The position numbers were made by a program, and so were the translations under genes. The notes under the pieces were generated by a model. The model was not told where the DNA came from. It saw only the letters and a program-made list of their open reading frames with translations, and did not search any database. Positions 1 to 8,313 of a stretch of DNA of 53,605 bases are shown here, one piece after another. Within the stretch, counting starts at the first letter, position 1, and each line of letters opens with the position of its first letter. The stretch lies in IMG/VR virus record IMGVR_UViG_3300032007_000013; one strand, 5' to 3'. The stretch comes from a virus (taxonomy: Duplodnaviria; Heunggongvirae; Uroviricota; Caudoviricetes).

Positions 1-62
1 GGTGAGCGGATTGTGACCTCTAAGGTCAAGGGCAAGAACTACTACACTCTTGCCTGATTCCA

Positions 63-94
63 AATAACCTACCCAATCGGGTAGGTTATTTTTT
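63..94 (+). terminator. Intrinsic terminator preceding the first GCCCGGGC cassette
   Basis: 12-bp stem AATAACCTACCC/GGGTAGGTTATT followed by a T run. Confidence 0.75.
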
Positions 95-250
95 ACCTCT
101 CGGTTAGCAAAGGCTAACCGCCCGGGCACTTTGTTAAAGAAAAAACTTTCAAAAACCTCTTGACTTTTTGCCAAAAGAGAGTATAATAATAATTGTCAAG
201 GGGGACAAGAGAACTGCTAAATGACTTTCAAAGAAATTTGAAAATCCCTC

Positions 251-279
251 TTGACAAGAAAGAAAAGGCATGATATAAT
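251..279 (+). promoter_or_regulatory. Sigma-70/sigma-A promoter, representative of the tandem early promoters throughout 1-11 kb
   Basis: TTGACA-17 nt-TATAAT; a second promoter at 160-187; similar pairs precede most early genes. Confidence 0.85.
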
Positions 280-314
280 AAAATCACAAAGAAAGAAAAA
301 AGGAGATAAAACAA

Positions 315-1439
315 ATGGCTACTTCTTACTCTGTCTGCAAAGACCGCAACATGATTTACTTCACCAACGAAGATGGCAAGGCGTGGAGTTTTGATGTGAA
401 CACTGGCATTTTCCTTTCCCCCAAGGGCAACGCTGTGAAATCTTTTCCGACTGGGTTGGGCAGTTTCATTGATGGGCATGATACCAGAAATGATATTCCC
501 GCTGTTCGGCTGATGGCCTTTGTCCGTAATGACCCCTATGATTATGGCGTGCGGGATGAAAAGAATTATTACATGCTGAGAAATCCCAGCTACTACGCCA
601 AGTTGGCTGTTCTGTTTCAGGCCATTGACAAGATGGCAAGTCTGGGCTGTTCTCCTGACCGTTGGAACGCTACTGCGTCTAACCTGACTTTCATCAATGA
701 CCATTTCAAGGCTTTTGCCAAGTGGTACAATGATAATCAGTCCAATGAAATTGAGGAATTTGTTCGCTGCTATGGTGTTGAAGTGTTTTGCCGTGAACAC
801 CACATTGACGCCGAACACCTGAGTGCAGATACTATTTCTTTCATTCAGTTTTATCTGGTTAAGAATAAAGGTATTTACGGAACAAAGTGGTCGTCCCCGG
901 AATATCTTCCCTATGCTATGTATTATCTGTCGCGTGGTCTGGTTGATGTTGTCGGCGTAAATGTCGCAAGTAACCTGCTTACCACTTTCTTTGACTGGTG
1001 TGAAACCACTGGTATCAAGCCGCAGAAGTCCGACTTTTATCGGCAGTATCTTGATGTAAAGCATACTTATATTGCTAATAAAAAACAGTATGACATGATA
1101 GCCCTTGCCAATAACTACGCAGAAAAGAAAAAGGCTCTGCTGTTTGAAGATGATACTTTTAAGGTTATTATCCCCACCACTGTCGAGGAATTTCAGGCAG
1201 AGGGTGATGCACAGCATAACTGTGTATACAGTATGTATCTTGAAAAGTGCATTAAAAATACCACTCATGTGGTATTTGTCCGCCGCAAGGACGCACTTAA
1301 TGAAAGCTACATTACTTGCGAAGTTGACAAACGGGGCAACATTGTCCAGTACCTCGGTCAGTATAACAACTGGGTATCTGACCCTGCCGCAATCGCTTTC
1401 AAAAAGCATTACATGGAGTGGCTTGCCAATAACTGGTAA
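315..1439 (+). CDS. PcfJ-like domain protein
   Basis: 374 aa, AGGAG RBS; C-terminal P.T..E...EG..QHNCV...Y......VFVR....P/E.SYITCEV pattern typical of PcfJ-like phage proteins. Confidence 0.7.
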   Translation: MATSYSVCKDRNMIYFTNEDGKAWSFDVNTGIFLSPKGNAVKSFPTGLGSFIDGHDTRNDIPAVRLMAFVRNDPYDYGVRDEKNYYMLRNPSYYAKLAVLFQAIDKMASLGCSPDRWNATASNLTFINDHFKAFAKWYNDNQSNEIEEFVRCYGVEVFCREHHIDAEHLSADTISFIQFYLVKNKGIYGTKWSSPEYLPYAMYYLSRGLVDVVGVNVASNLLTTFFDWCETTGIKPQKSDFYRQYLDVKHTYIANKKQYDMIALANNYAEKKKALLFEDDTFKVIIPTTVEEFQAEGDAQHNCVYSMYLEKCIKNTTHVVFVRRKDALNESYITCEVDKRGNIVQYLGQYNNWVSDPAAIAFKKHYMEWLANNW

Positions 1440-1601
1440 GCCCTCCCAAGGGGTAGGTAATTACCTACCCCTAACCGCCCGGGCCGATTGTTAAATAAAT
1501 AACAGAGAAAACCCCTCTTGACTTTTCCAGAATTTATGTTATACTAATATTGTTGATGAGGGAAAAGAAGTTAAACCCCATCACAGAAAGGGAAAAATTT
1601 T

Positions 1602-2312
1602 ATGGAAAAAATGTATGTACTTGTTCTGGACGTTGAAACCGCTGGTGATGTTGACAGCAATCCCCTTGTCTATGATATTGGGGCAAAAATCGTTGACCTT
1701 AGCGGCAATGTTGTGGAACGTGGTAGCTGGGTAATCTATGACATTTATACTCAGCGTGACCTGATGACCTCCGCTTACTATGCCGCAAAACTGCCGCAGT
1801 ATGAACACGACATGGCAAACGGCATCCGTAAAATGGCACGACTTGAAACTGTCCGCAAAATTATTTGGAAGTGGATGTTTAAGCATAATGCTTTTATTGT
1901 TGCTGCTTACAATGCTTCTTTTGACCGCAGAGCCCTTAACAACACTGTCCGTACTCTCGGCCTTGGTTCCTATTTCTTCCCCTTTAAGGCTGAATTTATC
2001 GACATTTGGCGAATGGCTTGTTTGTCTATCTGTATGATGAAAAGTTACCACCAGATGGCGTATGAGAATGGCTGGTATAGTGATGCTGGCAATGTCCGCA
2101 CAAATGCAGAAACTGTGTATAGCTTTCTCACAAATTCGCCTGACTTTGAGGAATCCCACACAGCCCTCGAAGATGTAGACATTGAAACAGAAATTATGCT
2201 CTACTGTTGGAAGAAAGTAAAGGCTGAACAGCGTGGAATTGTTGGCAATCCGTGGCGATATCCGCAAAAAGAATGGACTTTCCATGAAGCAAAGTTCGAT
2301 GAAATTATTTAA
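1602..2312 (+). CDS. DEDDh 3'-5' exonuclease (DnaQ-like), paralog 1
   Basis: Motifs LDVET, AYNASFD, HTALED. Confidence 0.85.
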   Translation: MEKMYVLVLDVETAGDVDSNPLVYDIGAKIVDLSGNVVERGSWVIYDIYTQRDLMTSAYYAAKLPQYEHDMANGIRKMARLETVRKIIWKWMFKHNAFIVAAYNASFDRRALNNTVRTLGLGSYFFPFKAEFIDIWRMACLSICMMKSYHQMAYENGWYSDAGNVRTNAETVYSFLTNSPDFEESHTALEDVDIETEIMLYCWKKVKAEQRGIVGNPWRYPQKEWTFHEAKFDEII

Positions 2313-2313
2313 T

Positions 2314-2346
2314 AAAATCGCGGGGAGAAATCCCTGCGATTTTTTA
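2314..2346 (+). terminator. Intrinsic terminator
   Basis: AAAATCGCGGGGA/TCCCTGCGATTTT stem plus T run directly after the exonuclease stop. Confidence 0.75.
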
Positions 2347-2511
2347 TTTGAAAATTTAAAAAAAATATTATAAAATATTTATAGAAAATAAAAAATGAAT
2401 ACTGCCGAATAAATATTCACCGCCCGGGCAATCTTTTCTTAAAAACCCTATTGACAAATTCCAATAGAGGGTGTATAATAAAAGCACAAAAGGAAAAGGA
2501 GATAACACAAA

Positions 2512-3054
2512 ATGATTACTGCTAATGAACTGATGAAGATTGAAATGAACAGACAGGCCGCGATCGAAAAAAGAAAGATGGAGCATGAGCAGTCTGCCGA
2601 AGTAGTCAAGGCCGCAAGGCTTGAACGGGCAAAGGTGAACTATGAACATGCAAAGGAAAATGTGGTTAAGCTGTGCGAAGACCGCATTGGTACTCTGATT
2701 GAGGAAACCATCGAGCGGCAGGGTCTTGAAAATTTTTCCGTGCGGTTGCCTGTATCTCTTTTTACTGATGAATTGGGCAACAAACTTTTTAAGGTTGCGA
2801 CTAAAGATGAGTTTGTTCCTGAGCAGACCAGAAAGCGGAACAGATTCAGAAATGATAACCGTGAATATTTAATTATCGGTAGCTCTGATTTCTGCTATAA
2901 GACTTTTCAGCAGTATTTGAAGAAGCATGGCTTCCGAGTTGTACAAGAACGGAGCAAAGAAACTATCCCGTCGAGATGGTCTCTTAATTCTTCTATCATC
3001 TGTAATATTGTTACCATTACTTTGTTAAATTCTCCGGCAAAGGATGAGGGCTAA
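2512..3054 (+). CDS. Hypothetical protein
   Basis: 180 aa ORF with promoter and AAGGAG RBS. Confidence 0.75.
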   Translation: MITANELMKIEMNRQAAIEKRKMEHEQSAEVVKAARLERAKVNYEHAKENVVKLCEDRIGTLIEETIERQGLENFSVRLPVSLFTDELGNKLFKVATKDEFVPEQTRKRNRFRNDNREYLIIGSSDFCYKTFQQYLKKHGFRVVQERSKETIPSRWSLNSSIICNIVTITLLNSPAKDEG

Positions 3055-3424
3055 TCCCTCATCCCCTCGCCCGGGCGGATTGTTAAATAAATAACTATTA
3101 AAAAACCTATTGACTTTTCAGAAAAAGAGAGTATAATAATAATTGTTAAGGGGAGGGGCTCCCAAAAAAACAAAATCGCCTGTGGGATTTAACTGGCGAC
3201 CTGATAAAAAAAATTCTTGAAACAAAGAAAAACCCCTTGACAAATGCCACAGGCTGTGGTATAATGAATACAGTTAAGAGGGCAAGAGACGCCGGGGATA
3301 AGAGTTATGGCTAATCTGCTTATCCCGCCAAAGCCAAAAAAAATAATAAAAAGTCGAAAAACCCTCTTGACAAAACCACAAACCTGTAGTACAATAAGTA
3401 TGTAAGATAAAGAGAAACAAACGG

Positions 3425-3486
3425 AGCCTTGTCCTACTAAAAGGCTTTAGAATCTGGTAGGTAAAAAAACGAAAGAGGTAGATACT
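3425..3486 (+). promoter_or_regulatory. 62-nt 5' leader identical to 6658-6719; candidate cis-regulatory RNA
   Basis: Exact duplicate upstream of two diverged paralogs; hairpin and pseudoknot potential. Confidence 0.55.
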
Positions 3487-3879
3487 ATGGCTAATTCTGT
3501 TGCTAACACTGACCGCAAGCCCACCAAGCGTGACCGCTTTAATCGGCTTTACACCATTGTGCAGGAGGGTTCCTATCCCGATGCCGATGACCTGATGGGC
3601 TTTATCGAGCATGAGCTGGAACTGCTCGACAAGAAGAACACCGCTGAGCGTAAGCCCACCGCCAAGCAGGTCGCCAACGAGGGCTACAAGCAGAACATCC
3701 TTAACTGGATGGAGCCTGACCACCTGTATCTTGCGGCTGAGATTGCCAAGGGTGTGCCTGAGATTGTTGCCGATGGTGTGACTGCCGGCACTGTCACCGC
3801 TCTGCTGACCCAGCTCTACAAGGCGGGTAGTCTGACCCGTACCGAGGATAAGCGTAAGAACTATTACGCCCTCGCGTAA
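3487..3879 (+). CDS. Phage protein with C-terminal winged-HTH-like domain, paralog 1
   Basis: 130 aa; strong codon bias (AAG/CAG/ACC); clearly homologous to 6720-7103 and 25052-25459. Confidence 0.8.
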   Translation: MANSVANTDRKPTKRDRFNRLYTIVQEGSYPDADDLMGFIEHELELLDKKNTAERKPTAKQVANEGYKQNILNWMEPDHLYLAAEIAKGVPEIVADGVTAGTVTALLTQLYKAGSLTRTEDKRKNYYALA

Positions 3880-3920
3880 CCCCTACGGTTTCGGGGGTGA
3901 GCCAATCACCCCCACCCTAT

Positions 3921-3996
3921 GCGGGCATAGCTCAGATGGAAGAGCACTTGACTTTTAATCAAGGGGTCGGGGGTTCAAATCCCCCTGCCCGCACCA
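3921..3996 (+). tRNA. tRNA-Lys(TTT)
   Basis: Cloverleaf, loop CT-TTT-AA, TTCAAAT T-loop, CCA end. Confidence 0.95.
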
Positions 3997-4364
3997 CTAA
4001 TTTCCCATTTCCTTTCTGTCTTTTGGCGGTTCCTACCCTATGGGTAGGAATTGCGCCCGGGCGAAAAATTGTTAAATAAATAACTATTAAAAAAGGTATT
4101 GACTTTTCGCCAAAAGAGAGTATAATAATAATTGTCAAGAGGGGAACCGACGCAGGTCGAGTAAGGCACCGCGGATGACCCCAAAGCAAAGCAAGGTTAA
4201 TAAAAGTTTAAAACCTTCTTGACATGCTCACAGGTTTGTGATATAATGGATACAGTCAAGAGGGAGAGCTGAGAGTTGAAAAACATCGCCAAGGCTCGAA
4301 AAAAAATAAAAAAAATCTCCAAAACCCTCTTGACAAGACCACGAATCTGTGATATAATAAGAGT

Positions 4365-4835
4365 GTAAAGATGATAAAGACCCGTGTACACCCCAACACA
4401 AGTTGGGCCGAGGCACAAAAACTACTGGCACAGAGATATCTATGTGCGTAGCCGAGAGAGGTTAATGGCTACACTAATGATTATGCCATCTATCCAACTG
4501 CGTGGGATAGTGAGGGGGACGCAGACCCCAAAAAGCGAGCAACGGCTTACGGAGAGCGCTGGACACCGCGCCCATTGAGGCGGGAAGTGCTGGTAGAGCA
4601 GGGGACTCCAGACGCCAGAACACAAGGGCATGTGGAATGGCAACACTTTTCCTGTATTGACTTGTAGGTTTTCAATTGAACCTTCCGCAGTTTTGGACTG
4701 TTATAAGTTCTGCGTAAATAAAAACTTGCAAAAAATGGGTAAAGGCGTTGAGCGTGTATGTCTACCCCATTAAAAACGCTACAAAGGGTTTTGCGGCAGG
4801 AGACCTATATAGGGGTGAGAAACCTATTCCCCTAA
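4365..4835 (+). ncRNA. Promoter-driven GC-rich non-coding structured segment of unknown family
   Basis: Follows the TTGACA..TATAAT promoter at ~4330-4359; no credible RBS/ORF; multiple hairpins; ends at tRNA-Lys. Confidence 0.4.
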
Positions 4836-4842
4836 TTTATAA

Positions 4843-4917
4843 GCGCGTGTAACTCAGTGGTAGAGTAATTGCCTTTTAAGCGATAAGTCGCGGGTTCAAG
4901 CCCCGCCACGCGCACCA
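4843..4917 (+). tRNA. tRNA-Lys(TTT)
   Basis: ATTGC-CTTTTAA-GCGAT anticodon arm, CCA. Confidence 0.93.
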
Positions 4918-4996
4918 TCTGACAGTTTTAAGCAAATTTGTTCTGTCAAAAAAATAAAGACTAATGTGCGGATTAGGGAAACCTAAATTCCTACCT

Positions 4997-5073
4997 GGCC
5001 CCTTCTACTAATTGGATAGGTAATCAGGCTTTCAACCTGAAAATGGTGAGTTCAAACCTCCCAGGGGTCACCA
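4997..5073 (+). tRNA. tRNA-Glu(TTC)
   Basis: TCAGG-CTTTCAA-CCTGA arm, CCA. Confidence 0.9.
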
Positions 5074-5236
5074 ATAATATCCTCTCTCCTTTCTTTCTCT
5101 CCTTTCTCTTTCGGGCTCTACCACTTTAATGTGGTAGAGTTCCCGCCCGGGCGATTTGTTAATGTTTTAACATAGCTTGACAGGAAGAAAGAAAGATGCT
5201 ATAATGTAATCACTAAAAAGGAAGGACTTTGAACAA

Positions 5237-5467
5237 ATGAAAGAGAAGATTTTGGCTTGCCTTAATCGCTACCCCGGAGCCCGCAAACGCTTTGTTGCGT
5301 CAGAAATTCATTGCCCTGTAAATGGGATATTTCTTCATAGCTTTAGTGAGCTGGAAGATATTGGTTTTATCCAGCATGTTACTATCAATGACCCCGCAAA
5401 TATGGAATTTTATGATAAATGGTACTTGACAGATGTCGGGTATCGTGCTATAATGAATGTAGATTAA
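5237..5467 (+). CDS. Small hypothetical protein, possibly wHTH-like
   Basis: 76 aa with own promoter and RBS. Confidence 0.65.
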   Translation: MKEKILACLNRYPGARKRFVASEIHCPVNGIFLHSFSELEDIGFIQHVTINDPANMEFYDKWYLTDVGYRAIMNVD

Positions 5468-5484
5468 GGAAAGGAGTGTAATAC

Positions 5485-5904
5485 ATGGCCAAGCCTGCTT
5501 TGAATGAAAAGACTATTGCGGATTACATGAAGCGTAATAAGTGTAACCGTGAGGAAGCAATCGACCTTATCAAGTACGATATTGCTGTCGAAGATGGCGA
5601 AGAAACTGAATACGACCTTACCGAAGAACAGAAAAAGGTTGTACAGGACATGAATCGCAAGATTGACCATAAGAAACCTACTACCAAGGTCAAGAGAGAA
5701 CGCAAGCCGAACGAACTGAAAGAAGCCCTCGTTGCCGCCCTTGCTGACTTCCTTGAAAATGTCTGTGAGTTTGAAATGGTAGAGGGCGGCCTTACCTACT
5801 GCGGAGATGTGGAAATTACCAATAAAAACCGTATGATTCACTTCACCTGCAAAGATAAGGAATTTGACCTGCAACTCATTGAAAAGCGGCCCAAAAAGTC
5901 CTAA
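5485..5904 (+). CDS. Hypothetical protein
   Basis: 139 aa, GGAAAGGAG RBS, biased codons. Confidence 0.75.
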   Translation: MAKPALNEKTIADYMKRNKCNREEAIDLIKYDIAVEDGEETEYDLTEEQKKVVQDMNRKIDHKKPTTKVKRERKPNELKEALVAALADFLENVCEFEMVEGGLTYCGDVEITNKNRMIHFTCKDKEFDLQLIEKRPKKS

Positions 5905-6719
5905 ACAGACGAAACCCCGAACTTTTCGGGGTAATTCGCCCGGGCCATTTGTTAAATAAATAACTTATAGATAAGTATTGACAAATACACTCAACTCTGC
6001 TATACTATAATTGTTCCAAGGGAAAGCAAGAAAGTGACTGAGCCTGTTAGATTGGGTCTGCGGGTGGGTGCACACATTCATGATTCTTTCCTCAGCCAGT
6101 CGGTCAACCTTGTGGAAGCTTCTTACCAAGGAACATTCTCTGGGTAGGACTTGCTACCCTACCCATACAAATTTAATATAGGGAAGACGTAGGAAAGGAG
6201 TTAGTAAAACATGGTTTTACTACTGCGTTTGCCGCACCTTTGACACTGTATAAGTGTTAAAAATTTTGAGACACTACCCACCTATTGGTACGGTGGGTGA
6301 GTGCCCGGGCGGATTGTTAAATAAATAACTTTTGAAAAAGGTATTGACTTTTCCGCGAAAAAGAGTATAATAATAATCGTAAAGGGGAGCGGTAAAGAGT
6401 GAGTCCCAACGCTGACCGCGAAAAAAAATAAACTATACTAGGATGGGAAAACCCCTTGACAAGTCCCACAAAGTGTGGTACAATATAAAAGAAGTCAAGA
6501 GGGAGACAGAACGGGTCAAGTAAGACACCGCGGAAGGTCTGAAAACAAAGGGAAGTCAAAAAAAACTTTGAAAACCCTCTTGACAAGACCACAAACCTGT
6601 GATATAATAAGTATGTAAGTGAGAGAGATGTTGAACAAAGTTCAACCCTCCACTACAAGCCTTGTCCTACTAAAAGGCTTTAGAATCTGGTAGGTAAAAA
6701 AACGAAAGAGGTAGATACT

Positions 6720-7103
6720 ATGGCTAATTCTGTTGTTGGTGAGAAGAAGATTACTAAGCGTGACCGCTTTAACGAACTGCTCGGCATCCCCGCCGTGGCT
6801 GAGAATGAGGATCTGGTTGAGTTTATCAATCACGAGATTGAACTGCTCGACAAGAAGAACACCGCAGAACGGAAGCCTACTGCGAAGCAGGTTGCCAATG
6901 AGGGCTATAAGGAAGCCATTGTTGGCTGGATGGAGCCTGACCGCCTGTACCTTGCGGCTGAGATTGCCAAGGGCTGTCCCGCTATTGTGGAGAACGGTGT
7001 CACCGCTGGCACTGTGACCGCCCTGCTGACCCAGCTTTATAAGGCTGGCAAGATTGTCCGCACTGAGGACAAGCGGAAGAATTATTACTCCCTCGCGGAG
7101 TAA
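6720..7103 (+). CDS. Phage protein with C-terminal winged-HTH-like domain, paralog 2
   Basis: Shares ELLDKKNTAERKPTAKQVANEGYK and GVTAGTVTALLTQLYKAG with 3487-3879. Confidence 0.8.
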   Translation: MANSVVGEKKITKRDRFNELLGIPAVAENEDLVEFINHEIELLDKKNTAERKPTAKQVANEGYKEAIVGWMEPDRLYLAAEIAKGCPAIVENGVTAGTVTALLTQLYKAGKIVRTEDKRKNYYSLAE

Positions 7104-7144
7104 TAATTCCCCCATGGGGGATGGGTAAATCCCCCACCCTATAC

Positions 7145-7218
7145 GGGCGTGTAGCTGAGGGGTTTAGCAATAGGCTGTTAACCTATGGACGAAGGTTCGA
7201 GACCTTCCACGCTCGCCA
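7145..7218 (+). tRNA. tRNA-Asn(GTT)
   Basis: ATAGG-CTGTTAA-CCTAT arm, CCA. Confidence 0.92.
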
Positions 7219-7391
7219 CTACTTCTCCTTTTAGTCTCCTTTCTTTCTCTCCCTTCTGTGGGGCTCTACCACTTTAATGTGGTAGAGTTCCCGCCCGGGC
7301 GATTTGTTAAAACCTTAACAAAATAAACTACTTGACATAATTCCAATAACGTGATATAATTTTTATAGTAAAAGATAAGGAGTATTAAACA

Positions 7392-7598
7392 ATGGCGGAT
7401 GACCCTGTATCATGGTTTTTCCTTACTGTAATCGGTATTTATTTTATCTGTCGCTTTTTCAAAAAGGTAATTAATGAAAGCGAACGCCTAAAAGCAGAAA
7501 GAGAAAAAGCCTGTCAAGAAATTTTCTTTGAAAATCCTCTTGACAAAACTAACGCTATGGCGTATAATAGGTTTAACAACAGGAGGAAAAACAAATGA
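7392..7598 (+). CDS. Small protein with N-terminal transmembrane helix
   Basis: Hydrophobic stretch WFFLTVIGIYFIC; RBS. Confidence 0.55.
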   Translation: MADDPVSWFFLTVIGIYFICRFFKKVINESERLKAEREKACQEIFFENPLDKTNAMAYNRFNNRRKNK

Positions 7599-8299
7599 AC
7601 TACATGATGATTGATACTGAGACTACTAATAGTCTTGATGACCCTCTTGCTTACGATGTAGGTTTTGAGGTCTTTAACCGTGACGGCAACACTATTGAAA
7701 CAGCGTCTTTGACTAACAAAGATTTGTTTCTTGATAAAGATTTTATGTCCACCGCTTACTATGCCGAAAAAATCCCTAACTATTGGAAAGAGATTTGGGC
7801 AAAAGAGCGTGAACTTTTAACTTGGCGGGAAATCAAGTGGAGAGTATTCGATGCTTGTAAGCGAAACGGTTGTCAGATTGTGGCGGCTCACAATGCTATG
7901 TTTGACAATCGGGCATTGAACCTGACCCAGCGTTATATTACTACCAGCCAGCACCGTTATTTCCTGCCGTATGGTGTGACTTGGTGGGACACTTTGAAAA
8001 TGGCTCGTGAAGTCCTCGGCAAAGATGAAACTTATGCACGATTTTGTGAATACTTTGGATATACCACCGCAAGAGGTAAGCCCCGTTTTACCGCTGAAAT
8101 TGTGTATAAATACATTAGTGGGGATATAGATTTTGAGGAACGGCACACCGGTCTTGAAGATGTAAAGATAGAAAAAGACATTTTTCTTTACTGCCTTAAT
8201 CGTGTTCCCGACATAGACGGGCGGCTTTGGAAACCGAAGCCGGAGCCGCCACGAAAAATGGAACCTTGGGAAATCGAATTACAAGAATTACTTGCATAA
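7595..8299 (+). CDS. DEDDh 3'-5' exonuclease (DnaQ-like), paralog 2
   Basis: IDTET, AHNAMFD, HTGLED. Confidence 0.85.
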   Translation: MNYMMIDTETTNSLDDPLAYDVGFEVFNRDGNTIETASLTNKDLFLDKDFMSTAYYAEKIPNYWKEIWAKERELLTWREIKWRVFDACKRNGCQIVAAHNAMFDNRALNLTQRYITTSQHRYFLPYGVTWWDTLKMAREVLGKDETYARFCEYFGYTTARGKPRFTAEIVYKYISGDIDFEERHTGLEDVKIEKDIFLYCLNRVPDIDGRLWKPKPEPPRKMEPWEIELQELLA

Positions 8300-8313
8300 A
8301 GGAGAATAAAAAA

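Noticed and set aside
228-7115. Long minus-strand ORFs (228-1409, 1581-2285, 3274-3723, 5464-5874, 6642-7115)
   Set aside because: Antisense shadows of RBS-led, motif-bearing plus-strand genes; no RBS or domain motifs.
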